NCBI RefSeq assembly: GCF_009914755.1
Contig: NC_060935.1
From: the human T2T-CHM13v2.0 reference genome, Homo sapiens
Strand: one strand, 5' to 3'
DNA: 64,000 nucleotides
Of this stretch, positions 14,448 to 26,950 are shown in pieces (position 1 is the stretch's first letter; the number at the start of each line of letters is the position of its first letter). Below the pieces are notes generated by a model. It ran no database searches. It had not been told where the DNA came from and saw only the letters and a list, made by a program, of their open reading frames with translations. The translations under genes and the position numbers were made by a program.

Positions 14448-15434
14448 CAGGGCTGGTGTCATAGATGTGAGACCTGTGCAGGCATTTAGCATCCCAAAAT
14501 CAGACTACATACTTATTTTAATGATTTGCTGTAATTCTATATTTGAACTTGTCTCTTGCCAGTGGGACCACAGAGCATATGTGTGAACAGAAGGGATATG
14601 TGCAATATGCGTATCTGCCATTCTTTGCTCCCCCATTTGCATATAACATTCACTGTATAACATATGCACATCAGGTTCCAGGTGTGTCATTACATATGGG
14701 AGTTCAATGAATCTCAAAGCAAGTGCATAGTAAGTATGTTACATCCATGACTGAGAAAGCAAGAGCACTGACAAATCCAAGAGGACACACTTTCTGTCTG
14801 AACTAAAGCCTAGTTTGAACATAGGAAGAAGACAATGGCATTCTAAGTAAGATAAGGGATCTAGGAACTCTCATATAATTTCCTACTCATGTTGCTTCCC
14901 TGTATTGGCTAATCACTCATATTGAAAATGATGACATAGAAGGACAAGGAAAGATAAAGTAATTCATTTTTAAAAATTCCTTCTGTACTCATTAGTAAGC
15001 CAAAGGTAGATAGTGTTGGTAAAATGTGCATGTATTGAAAAGTAAAAGAAAAATAGTTGAGTTAGTTTTGTGCAGTATTTCCACCATTTTGGCAAGAACA
15101 AAATACAAATGCATGAATAAACTATGGAATATGAATTGTGTCATTTTGGTGATTCTGCATGTTACTTAATGCTCTTATATTTGCATTTAACCTGGCATTA
15201 TATAATATCAACATGAATGGCAAAATTCATATTAATAATTAATATTTTACATTTTTATTTAAAACAACATTGAACACAAATTAAAAACACCATCACAAGT
15301 TGAGGGAGAGACCATGGAATGATAAAAAAAAGGCTTTATATTTTACCTTTAATGGAATTTTTTCCTGTTTTTTGAACAAAACTTCCTGCACTTTTATTTT
15401 TCAGTGGGTCCTGCAAATTACGTAGTTCACCCTG
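14448..15434 (+). mobile_element. MER45B-like hAT-Tip100 DNA transposon (~1 kb)
   Basis: Termini CAGGGCTGGTGTCATAGATGTGAGACCTGTGCAG and gggtcctgcaaattacgtagttcacCCTG match MER45 ends; short CAGGG/CCCTG terminal inverted repeat. Confidence 0.8.
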
Positions 15435-16291
15435 AAATCCACACTAAAAATTATAAAACAGGTATATCTATCCTTCTTCCATCTGCTAGTGAAACTTAGC
15501 TGCCCAGGCCAAGATGGATTTGAAGGGGTCAGGGCTGGGGAATGAAGTGACGTTAACAATGTGATAATAAGCAATGAAATAAAGTGTGCATGCAAATGTG
15601 AGTGACCAGGATGCCAAGATCAGTGAACCAATTAAAGGAAACCATAGGAATATTGCCCAGAGTTTTAAATAAACCATATTCTTCATACCTTAAAGGTATT
15701 TCCATGCCTATAAGAAAACAACTTTGAAGGAACATATCTTCTTTTCTTTTCATCCATTATACTTTATCCTCCATGAGAGAAGTGATTTATCAGATATTGA
15801 GAATCTATCATCCACAATACCACTTCTCTATTGAGTGTAGCAAAGATGATAAATGTTGCTGTTATTGCTTTGCCTTTTTTCCTCTGGTGATAGAAATCAT
15901 TCTTCTTTCTTCTGAATAGGAGATTACCAGAGTAGGCTCTGTTTCTGCCATTGAGAAGTCTACAAATATGAGCGCCTAAATTCACAACAGAAACCATGAC
16001 TGTGGCAATAGATCCCAAGTTTGTTCTGCAGTACAGCATTACTCTCGACAAAAAAGGCTGATATTTTAACCCCTTTTTGAAGGTTTTGTTTATTCTTCAC
16101 TGGTTTAAACTCAGGGAAAATAGTGGGATTAATTATTTCATATGGGAAAATGATTTCTCTTAAACTCTTTAAACACAGATGTCAGAAGGTAAGGCGTGGG
16201 TCAAAGGGTTATAAAAGTGGGGCAGAGTTGTTAGGGAAAATATACACGTGTTGCCTTCTGAGCTGGTTTTTAGGTACTCACTTCAGCTCTG

Positions 16292-17410
16292 TTTTTTTCT
16301 TTCATAATTTTATGGTGATTTTGTTGGTTGTGTTGAGGGTCAGTACACAGACATTTGAATTTGTACATGATTTTGAACAAATCACGTACAAAGAGGCATA
16401 TTGCGATTCTTTTCTAAGATGTTATTCCAATGACTTTCCAGCTGAATATTTGGAGGCAATTTTTCTTAAGAGGAAATGTTGATAAGCTGTCACATAAGTC
16501 CCTCTAATTTATAATTTAACGTAAGATATACTACTTAATCAAAATTTCAGTCTTTCACAGCACGTTAACAATGTTATCGGGAAAACTGGACTATGACTCT
16601 TAAAGGAGTTAGAGAGTCTATACAATTCTGACAGGGAGAGCCAAGATCAAGGAGTGGATTTCTTCAGGAAACAATTAGTACTAAACAACATGGGAATAGA
16701 AGTAATTTAAAATGTTCAAGACATATTAAATGTGCGACTGTGGCTCCAAATTGCCATTTAGTATGCTTGTATTATAGGATATAGAAACTACTGCACCCCA
16801 TCTTTGCAAAGTTAAGCTGACGCTTAAGGGAGTCAACATCTCCCATAATTCAGTATCTCAGTATTTTTTGGTTGTACCAAAAAATTAAAAACAACTAAAA
16901 AATGAAATGTTTCTAGAGCTTCTAAAAACTTGCATTTACAAAATAGTTGATAAAAATGCTCCTCTGGATTATACAACAAGGGAGATGGAAACAACTGATA
17001 ATAGGTGGTATAAGATATTAATCATATTTGGCTTCTTTCTCTCCTGTTTCACCACAGTCTGAATTCTTCTCGTTTGTATCTTCTCTGTTCTCTGCAGGTA
17101 AATCTTTCAGTTTCCTGGTTATCCACTTCTTCCGTCTTCCCCCTTTGCGCTTTTTAGTCTGAAGATTTATCCTTTCCTGCTGCCTTTTTGGGGCTTTTTT
17201 TCCACTTTTTCAGAGGAGGTTTAACTGACAACCTCACCGATCTCCTCTGGGGTTGTTCCTGAACAACCTCTCTAACTCGGGCATTTTTGCAGCAGGGAGG
17301 GTGCATGTCAGGTGCCTGTGGGCCACAGTGCCCCAAGAGCCTTCTAGAAGCTAGGCTGCCTGGCAGCTGTCCCTCCTTCAACATCCAGAGCTGCTGGGAC
17401 CCACTCACAG
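16292..17410 (-). pseudogene. HMGN1: Processed HMGN1 (HMG-14) pseudogene
   Basis: Intronless 5'UTR + CDS remnant (17284-17018) + ~0.7-kb 3'UTR ending in a short poly(A) at 16292-16298. Translation has PQRRSVRLSVKP, PKKAAGKDKSSD and C-terminal GEKEAKYD-stop. Disabled by an N-terminal indel/frameshift and a premature stop at 17154-17156. Confidence 0.92.
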
Positions 17411-19629
17411 TAGCTTTTCAAATTGCAAGAGAGACAATAGTTTTCAGAGAACTTTAAGATTCGTAAGAAGTTACTACTATTGTAATTGGAGTATTTTAAA
17501 CATTTAAATGTATCTAAAGTTCGTATTTCCATCTAAATTTGAATGTAGTTTGTCTAACGCCAGTTGTGGGGAATGAGAAGAGCAGAAAACTAGGAAGCTA
17601 GTGGAAGCACGCCTTGCCTCTTCCCAAACTATCTGTGTGAATTATTACTAGATTAGTTACTAGCAATTTGAAATGGAGGAATAAAGCTTGAGCAACTTGA
17701 CCGATATTATCATCCATCAACCATGACGTTTCTTACTACAAAATGGCAGTTTTGGAAAAATATTGGGAAGTACTCAGAAGAAACAGGTGAAGAATTGGGG
17801 CAGCAAAAATCTTTGGATCTGTCATCCATTAGTATCATTCACAATTTAATTGCAGATCAGTTGTGTCAGGTTTCTTTGAACATACAGACACACACACGCA
17901 ATAAAATTACATGGTTTCTTTATTTGGGGGTTTAAAGGTTAAGAAAAAATAATACAGCGTCAGAGAAATAAGTGATGATTAAATTGAAACTTAAAGCTAG
18001 AAATACGTTTTTAAAGATATTCTGTAAAAGGCAAGCTGTTTTTCACATGATTTTTTTTTTCTAAAACTATTTTTCTAGATCTGAATTTTAGGGAACATGT
18101 CAAATGCAGTCACATAAAATAAAGACCTCACAGCATGAAATACTGTAGTTCTGAGGCCTAAAATTGCAATTTCTACGCAGACACATTCTGTGCCTATAAA
18201 AAAATAAGAATATGGCTACTTAAGGGAGATTAAATTGTGTGGTTATTACTTCCAAATATAAAAAGGGTCTTAGAGGTTCATTTTTTTCAGACACTAAAAT
18301 TGAAAATGATGGGAATCTAATTTTGGTATGGATGGTTGTTATAAGAATAAATATATTTTTTAACCTGACCCATTCCAACCTCCTGACAGATAATTTCTGA
18401 AGCAAATCCGAATCTGTCAAAAACCAATATTTATCTACATTCATGTCAGCTTTGGCAAGGATAAGTTGTCTAAACATTGAGGCATAGCATTCATGAGCAT
18501 AAATCTTTTCTTATCCACAAACCATTAATGTAATGAATAGAAAGTAAGGTGAATTGTTAATTCTTTGCACATTTATCATGCCTTTGTGAACATCTTAAAA
18601 GCATTTTAAAATGCATTCTTTCTTAGGTTTAGTTGAAAAGCCTGCCAAAGTCTTTTTTTTTTTTTCTTAAGTTGGGGAGCTTTGTATAGGGATTAATAAA
18701 ATTTTAAAGTAACAAATCAAAAGACACAAACAAAAAAGCAACCATGATTTGTTCTACTGAAGGTTTATTGCCAGAGTGCTTTACGTGCAACTAGCTTTAT
18801 ATATTGTAATCGTTAAGTGTGCCTGTGTTGAGATATTGAACTTTCTTTCAGAGTATGCATGCTTATTCTTAGTATATATTCCTTCCTGTTGATTATTTCT
18901 AAAATAGTTTTCATCTGAGTAGTTTAAGGATTCCTTGGCTGAAATAAAGGAAACCACACAAGATAAACCACACGAGTAAAATTGGGCTATTCATAAGCTT
19001 GAGACGACAACCTAGGGCACAAGCACTTATGTGCAACCCTCTCTGCATGTACAAGGCTGATCTTAAAAACCAACCACGAATCAACATGATCTTATAGGCC
19101 CAGTACTTACCGCCCAGAAAGTTTATATCTCATTTCACATTTTTGGGAGCAAGAATATCTAAGTTCCTGATCATGTAATAAAAGGCAGACTGATCCTTTA
19201 ACAGACAGCTATGTCTTATTTGAGGAGTGATGTGAGTATTATCTGGTACAAACTTGATTTGAGCTTTTAGGGAAGCTATAATATAATCAGGAAAGTCATC
19301 CCAAAATGCCTGTGTTGAAGGCTTTAAATGGATTTGATCATGTTACAAAATGGGTGAGAGGGGTCATGAAATTATATAGAAGTGACTAAAAACTGTAATC
19401 TGTGTCAAGAACTACAGGGACATTAACAATATCTATTTTCCTATTCTTATCACTTATTAATAATAAAAACAACTGATATCCATGGCATATTTTATGTTTA
19501 CCTGTGCCCAGTTTATGACTGTGTAGTGGCATGAGTATGAGGAATACCCTGTATCACTCTTAAGAGGATTCTAGTTTGAATTCATTATTATGATCATATA
19601 CATTTCTATTGGTCATGCACATTTTTCTG

Positions 19630-19810
19630 TGCCTTCTATGTATTATCTCATTTAATCAATACAATAACATTTTAAGGTAGACACTATTCTTATCTCAATT
19701 TTAAAAGCTATGAAAGCACTAGCCTCAAACTAAGAAGTTAAAGACTGTCAAAACTAGATTTGAATCAAGTAAAGTAGCTCTGTAATCCAAGCTCCCAATT
19801 ATCTATATGT
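19630..19810 (-). mobile_element. MIR SINE
   Basis: tattatctcatttaatcaatacaataac...aaggtagacactattcttatctcaattttaaaagctatgaaa is the antisense MIR core. Confidence 0.65.
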
Positions 19811-20025
19811 TTCTGGAACTTTAGAACACTAAGAACAGTAATTATGGAGCATGATCTTTTCTTCAAGTTTAAGGAGATGACAATAGGAAAATTATTCATC
19901 AATTGGTAATAGAAAGAAAATGGCAAAATGGCTATGGTATATGTACATTGACAGAAAACAAGACAAACAAACAAACAAACAAACCAAGAAGGTGCCAAGC
20001 AAGGTAATCAACTTTCTGGAGTTTA

Positions 20026-20026
<1 letters not shown>

Positions 20027-20059
<33 letters not shown>
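20027..20059. repeat. (TG)n microsatellite
   Basis: About 16 uninterrupted TG units. Confidence 0.95.
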
Positions 20060-20061
<2 letters not shown>

Positions 20062-20071
20062 TTTAGCCTTG

Positions 20072-20457
20072 TGTATTAGTTTGCTACAACTACTATAACA
20101 AAGTACCACATACTGAATAACTTAAACATAAATTTATTTTCTCATAATTCTGGAGACAGAAGTCTGATATCATGGTGGTGGCATGGTTGGTTTCTTCTAA
20201 GACTTCTCTCCTTGGCTTACAGATGGTGCTATTCTTTTGGTGTCTTCATATGGCACTTCTGCATGTTGTTCTTTGTGTCCTAATCTCCTCTTCTTATAAA
20301 GACACCAGTCGTATTGCATTAAGAATCACCCCAATGACTCAATTTTAATTTATATTCTTTTTAAAGGTCCTATTTCCAAATATGGCCACATTCTGAGTTA
20401 CTAGGGGGTAGGGTTTCAACATGATAATATTAAGGCAACACAATTCAGCCCATAACA
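20072..20457 (-). mobile_element. MLT1B-like MaLR solo LTR
   Basis: TGTATTAGTTTGCT...ataacaaagtaccaca...acacaattcagcccataACA; ~390 bp with TG...CA ends. Confidence 0.85.
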
Positions 20458-20937
20458 GTGCATAAAATAGTATCTTAGAGGATAATTTTTTCCATGTTTC
20501 CAAGTTCTGTAAATTCTTTTCTTTGTGTTCTCTTTAGATTATTGGACATATTATTTAAGTTTTTTGTCATGCCACAAATGTGCAAAATAAAATTGGTAAG
20601 ATGTTTTGGCTTGAATTTTGAGAAAAAGTATTTGTTCTATATGGAATACATGCCTTGGATAGAATGGTAGTAAGAAAAGAAGAGTGGCTTGAGTTAAGTG
20701 AAACTTTTATACAAAGAATTGAATTTGTGCAATTGATCTTGCAATTGTACAAGGTCATTTACTCTCAGTAGTGATTTTCTACTAATAGACATCTGTTTAT
20801 TTCTGGAAATACATGACATTTTCCTCTACATATACATTAATATATATCATTCTATTACAAGACATGTCATTTGCATTTGATGTGAAAAAAGTTACTATTT
20901 GGCCCAGGCATAGGAAAATACAGAAAAGTTTGTCTAA

Positions 20938-21093
20938 AACTGTGGTCTCCAAACCTTGCACATAAAATTCATCTAGAATACCTGGGTCCCATTCCAGCCC
21001 TAACTTATCAGAGTATGCTAAAATGGATCCTAGGAATCTGCTTTTGAAAATAATAAGCAGATTGTTCTCCTAATAAAATTAGAGAATCATTGT
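20938..21093. mobile_element. MER5-family hAT-Charlie element
   Basis: ctgtggtctccaaacctt...cctgggtcccattcc...cctaggaatctgctttt...gagaatcattg. Confidence 0.65.
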
Positions 21094-21139
21094 ATTGCAT
21101 ATATTTATATCAAAGATGTAAACAATGAAAATGTATGTT

Positions 21140-21570
21140 GTGTTGCTTAGGATATAGTTCAAGCTGATGTAACAAAGACAGCAGAAAAAACAGAGGCTCA
21201 AAATAGGTAGAAGATTAATTATTCTTATGTAAAAATCCAAAGGCAAGATTTCCAAGGTGGGGATAGAAGGAGGGCTACTCCCTGGGACCAGTCAGGAACT
21301 TAGGTTCTTTGTATCTTGTTCTTTGGGAAAGAAAATAGTCAAAGCTAGCACCCCAAAATAATGCTTAATGCTTATGTTTTGGCCTGAAGGAAGAAGTAAT
21401 AAGCAAAGAGCAAAACCTTTATAAATGCATTATTTAAAAAGTACCCACATCCCTTCTAATTATGTCCCCTTGTGCAGCACATAGTTATGTGGCAATATCT
21501 AACTTAAAAGGAAAGTGGAAATGTAGTTTGTGACTAAGTGGTGGCATATCCAGCTAAAACCCAGAATAGA
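21140..21570 (-). mobile_element. Old MLT1 (K/L-like) LTR
   Basis: taggatatagttcaagctgatgtaacaaaga and cacatagttatgtggcaatatctaacttaaaaggaaagtggaaatgtagttt. Confidence 0.65.
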
Positions 21571-21576
21571 CAGCTA

Positions 21577-21656
21577 TTAGGTTGGTGCAAAAGTAATTGC
21601 GGTTTTTGCCATTACTTTCAGTTGCAGAAATTACAATTACTTTTACACCAACCTAA
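21577..21656. mobile_element. MADE1 (Hsmar1-derived 80-bp MITE)
   Basis: TTAGGTTGGTGCAAAAGTAATTGCGG...caattacttttacaccaacctaa; near-palindromic and flanked by a TA duplication. Confidence 0.95.
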
Positions 21657-21702
21657 TATAACTAAAAATAATAATGGAAAAACTGTATACTTATAGTGGC
21701 TG

Positions 21703-21753
21703 TGAGAGAGTGTGTGTGTATGTGTATACGTGTGTGTGTGTGTGTGTGTGTGT
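21703..21753. repeat. Interrupted (TG)n microsatellite
   Basis: Visible TG run with tatg/tacg interruptions. Confidence 0.9.
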
Positions 21754-22000
21754 ATAATGGTTGGAAACAATACGAATATCCATCAACAAGAGAATGAATA
21801 AATATTTCTTGTATATTTATATAATGGAATAATGCTCAACCATAAAAATGAATTATTGATACACCAAAAAACATGAATAAATACTTTAAAATATAATGTT
21901 GGAGAAAAATAGCTGAATATAAAAAAGTACATATTGCTTAATTCAATATATTATATGTGAAAACTGGCAAAATGATCTACAGTGATAAAAATTAAGTTTT
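21754..22000 (+). mobile_element. L1ME 3' fragment
   Basis: ggaaacaatacgaatatccatcaacaagagaatgaataaat...ataatggaataatgctcaaccataaaaatgaa. Confidence 0.75.
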
Positions 22001-22363
22001 TAAAAATATGCCTTTATGCATTTTTAGCTTCTACAAAACAGGCAATGATATCATTAATGTTTTCTGATTAGTAATTTTTGTCTTTTTTTCTTTGATCGAC
22101 CTTTCTAAAAGCTTATGAATTTTCTTAATGTTTTTGGAAAAAATAGCTTTTTATTTTGTTTTTCTCTCTTGCTTGTGTCTCTATTTTACTAATTTCACCT
22201 ATTATTAATATTTTCCTGATTATAGTTAATATGAGTTTAGCTTTTTTGTTCTGGGAAAAAATTTAGATCATTAATTTGATCATTAACCCTTCATGTTAAA
22301 TACACAAGTAAATTTATAAATTTACAACTAAACCCTGTTTCAGATGCATCTCATAAATTCTGA

Positions 22364-22730
<367 letters not shown>

Positions 22731-23431
22731 GATATTTCTTTTCTTGACCTCTTTTTAAGTTTGTTAATATCCACATATTTGTGGACTTAGTAATTTTTGT
22801 CATTGATTAACAGATTAGTTTCTTCATCATTAAAGAACATTTCTTTTTAAGATTTCAATAATTTTAAATTACTAAAATGTGTTTTGTGGCCAATAAGTTC
22901 TCTTGTATTTATGAATATTCCATGTGTATTTGGATAGACTATGAACCACTATTATAATATTATGTAGAATGTTCTATAAAAAATGGACTTTAAGTTGGTT
23001 AGTAATGTTATTCAAGTCTTCTTTATTAATGCAGAATTTTGTCTATATTTACCATGAATTTTGTTTTTATCCTTCTTACACTCTGTGACTTCAATTGAAG
23101 TCCTCAAAACATTTAAAATTAATATAATTACCAAGGTAATTCAGCAAAATTTGTCCATTTTGCCATTTAATTTTCAATTGTTTAATCTGTTTCTGTACTT
23201 CCCACTTTTTCTGTGTCCTTTTATTTAAATAAATATTGTGATTGCGCTTTATAACCACCTTTTTCTTATTAGCTATACTTCTTTATTTCTTTAAAACTTA
23301 CATCCTATATTGTTAACTCATCACAGTCAAGTTTGAATAATATACAACTTTATTTATAGTGTGAAAATCTTGCAAATATACACATCAATTTCTCACTGAC
23401 TTCTATTATACTGTTGGTGACATATAATTTC

Positions 23432-23710
23432 CATATATGTATAAGTATATATGCATATATAGTATATATAAGTATATATGTAGTATATATGTATATATAG
23501 TATATATACATATATATGTAGTATATATGTATATATAGTATATATACGTATATATGTAGTATATATGTATATATAGTATATATACTATATATGTAGTATA
23601 TATGTATATATAGTATATATACATATATGTAGTATATATATGAGCATATGTGTATATATAGTGTATATATATGTATATGCGTGTGTATATATGTGTATGT
23701 ATATGTATAA
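23432..23710. repeat. Complex (TA)-rich micro/minisatellite
   Basis: Recurring unit similar to tatatatgtagtatatatgtatatatag, grading into a (TG/TA) mix. Confidence 0.95.
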
Positions 23711-26700
23711 ACCCTAAATATATTGCTACATTTGCATTAATGATTAGAAAAATGTTTTATATTTTCTGATATTTTTGCCATGTTCATCGTTCTTTATTCC
23801 TTTGTTGAGACCCAAATTTTAATCTGGTGAAAAAATCTACCTTGATTTTTCTTTCCTCTTCTTTCTTTTTTTTTTAGTGCAAGTCTATCTACTGACAGTA
23901 AATTTCCTTAGCTTTACAGCTTTTGCTTTTCTTAAAATGTATTTGTTTTATGTCAGCTAAATTTCTTAAAATAATTTGAGTGTAGAATTCTATGTTGATG
24001 TTTTTTCTCTCAGTATTTTAAAAACATCACTCCTTCACATCTAATGTAGTTTGTAACAGTAAGCCACCAGAACCTTTTATTACAAAATGTTCTTTTTCTC
24101 TGATTGGTCACAGAAAAGAATGTTTAGTGGACATCAATTCATTCTATGACAGCCCTCATCATTACTTAGTATATTCATTTATATGAAGTCATTTGACAAC
24201 TTAATATAATCATAATTGCCATTTTATGTATTTTGATTTAGTTCCATTTTGATTTAGTTCAATTAATTTAAACATTTCAGAATTTCTCTCCCTGAAATGT
24301 TTGAATTTTCAAAATGAGAAATAATTTGCAATTTGCCCATCTAGAACCTGATATTTTCTGGCTGATAAATCAGTATTTGTAAAGCAAATGCAATTGTAGA
24401 GGAGTATCTTCTACGTGAAAAATATTTGGTGTCATTTCCCCAAAGCACAATGTATTGTACTATCATGCCTTTTTGATCTCTCTCCTGTTTCTTATTAAGT
24501 CTGGAATGTCATTTCCATTTTTGGATGACTGAAAAATTCTCACCAATGCAAAAATTAAGGTTATTAAAAAATTTTGAAAATCAGGATGTCAGTACAAAAT
24601 GGAATCCTACTTTGAATTTTGAAGTTAAAGAATCTATGATCAACTATTTCAAAGACATTTAATTAACAGATGTACTAATAACTAATGCTATAATACTACT
24701 CCCCCTCTTTTATCCTTTCATTTATAAATGGGTCATTTTCTCAGTTCTTATTACATATTTAACATTAGTAAAGATGTAGGGAATGTAGAAATGAGACAAC
24801 AAGTGTACAGCCCTCAAATAGTTACAGTTTAGTAAAGATATTTACAAAATTAACAGTATGTCAAGGAACAGTGCAAGGAGGACCTTAACTGAGAACTGTG
24901 CTCTGAAATAAAAGAATTTCCTCAACCTGGAAGATCAGGGGATGTTTCACTGAAAATGTGGCATTTAAATTGAGCCATAGTACCCACATATTTGAATTCG
25001 TAAACCCAAGACCAGAGAACAAATCAATGCAGCTCATGACTCAAAGCAACAGGATACAAAACTAAAGTGATGGGAAAATAATGAGTTTAGGAAGCATGCT
25101 TGTACCCAATTCCATAATCAGGAACAAATTACTTAAGTTTCGATTATCAGGTCTTCTATATGAAGAACATATTGGTGATATTTAAATGTGATAATTAAAT
25201 GTGATAATTTACTTAAATCACATGGTGGATAATAGGTTCTTAATAAAATATAGCTCTCAGAGAGTGTGTTCATAAAAGCAATAACACTCCTTATGAAGAA
25301 AGAATCAGCTATAATATTTATTTGCTTCTTTTTTTCTTACATACATTTATCCTTCCACTCCTTCTCCTCCTCTTTTTTTCTCAGTCTCTGTGTTCATCAC
25401 TTTATGGTATTCAAAGCATAATCTCAAACCCAGTCCTTCATGGTTCTATGAACTGAATTACTTAGAAGTTATTTTTATCACCACATTAAATAGGAGGAAA
25501 CTTCTGATCCATCATCAAATGTGTTTCTGAGCAGCAATGTACATGCTGGTAAGTATTTGTTGATAAGACATAGCATTGCCTTGAAAGGAAAAGAAGCATC
25601 ATATATTCATCATTTTTCCACCTAAATAACATGACGGAGCAGTATGTCACACTTATATGTATTTCTTATTCAACCAACTAACCAGTGCTTTTTCCTTCTC
25701 CAAAATACTTACATTCTCCTTTCAGGAGATTTTGTTTGAAAACAATCTTCAGCCATGATATAAAGAAAGAAAGTTTTTAAACCGATTTTGCAGCATACCA
25801 AGGGATTGAATTAGGTAGAAAAGCTGCATGCAACATTTCACATGCATGTAAAAATAGATACCCTTTTAAATTAAAGAGACATATTTTTGTCCTTGAATAT
25901 TCTTGAGGACTTCAAGCGGAACAAAAGTTTACAAGAAAACCAATTTTTGCCTTCTCAAAATAGATTTATGGCTCAGGCTCAAAGTTAACATTTTATAGCG
26001 GTCCAATTTTAACATTTGCACAGTTCACTTTAAATAAAATAAATTCAAGATAAAAATTCATTGCATTCCACCTTAGATGTTTATATACAGATTTACTGAA
26101 AGGGAGGTCTGATAAATTAATATCTGATAGCCTGAGTACAATTTATTCAATTCAGTAATCAAATCTTTTGTTCTGTAGTCATTGTGTTGTTTTTAACGTA
26201 CAAATTATATCTAATAATCATGACCATTACATGTATTTTTAGAAGTTAAATAACGCTCATGTAACTGAACATTGTTTGAATTTATTTTAAGGAATGTTGG
26301 TTTATTTTTAAAGCATCATTCAAATTCATGAATAATCGAGTTCTTTGTGTTTTTACATAATATACACCATTTATGAAAAAAATGGAGCAATGTGATTTTG
26401 GTTAAACAGAGATTAGATCAATAATTCATGAACATCTGCATAGAGTGATGGCTAAACTATTTTCATGTCATGAAAACACTGAAGTGAAATCATAATAAGA
26501 ACTTATGTTAATTAAACCACATTAAAATATTTTATCAAACCAAAAATGCTTTAATCTGCCTTTATTTGACATTTAAACTTAACAACTCATCTGAAAGCCA
26601 TTTTCTCACCAATAGCTGATTATTTGAAATAAATATAAATAATACAGCATAATAGATAACTGTGCTACTGTTACAGGGTGAAAATAAATTATTAAAAATT

Positions 26701-26774
26701 ATTTATGTTCAATTTGTACTATGTATCCATATTAGCAGAATACATATAAGACAGTGATTTTAAACAAAGATTTT

Positions 26775-26950
26775 AAATTTAGACTAGTGCAACTTGGTAT
26801 GATGGTTCTGCCCATTACCCTTTGACCATTGGACCATCATTCTCCAAGTTTCATTTTCTTCCACCGTAATAAGGGATAATGATATCTGTCATATGAAGTT
26901 GTTTTGTGGAATATGTGAGGGATTGTATCTAAATTTCCTTGAAAAGGTCT
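26775..26950 (+). mobile_element. MIR SINE
   Basis: ggttctgcccattaccctttgaccattgg...agtttcattttcttccaccgtaataagggataatgatatc. Confidence 0.6.

Noticed and set aside
15764-16482. 95-aa and 119-aa ORFs next to the HMGN1 pseudogene
   Set aside because: No recognisable homology; the second overlaps the antisense pseudogene 3'UTR.
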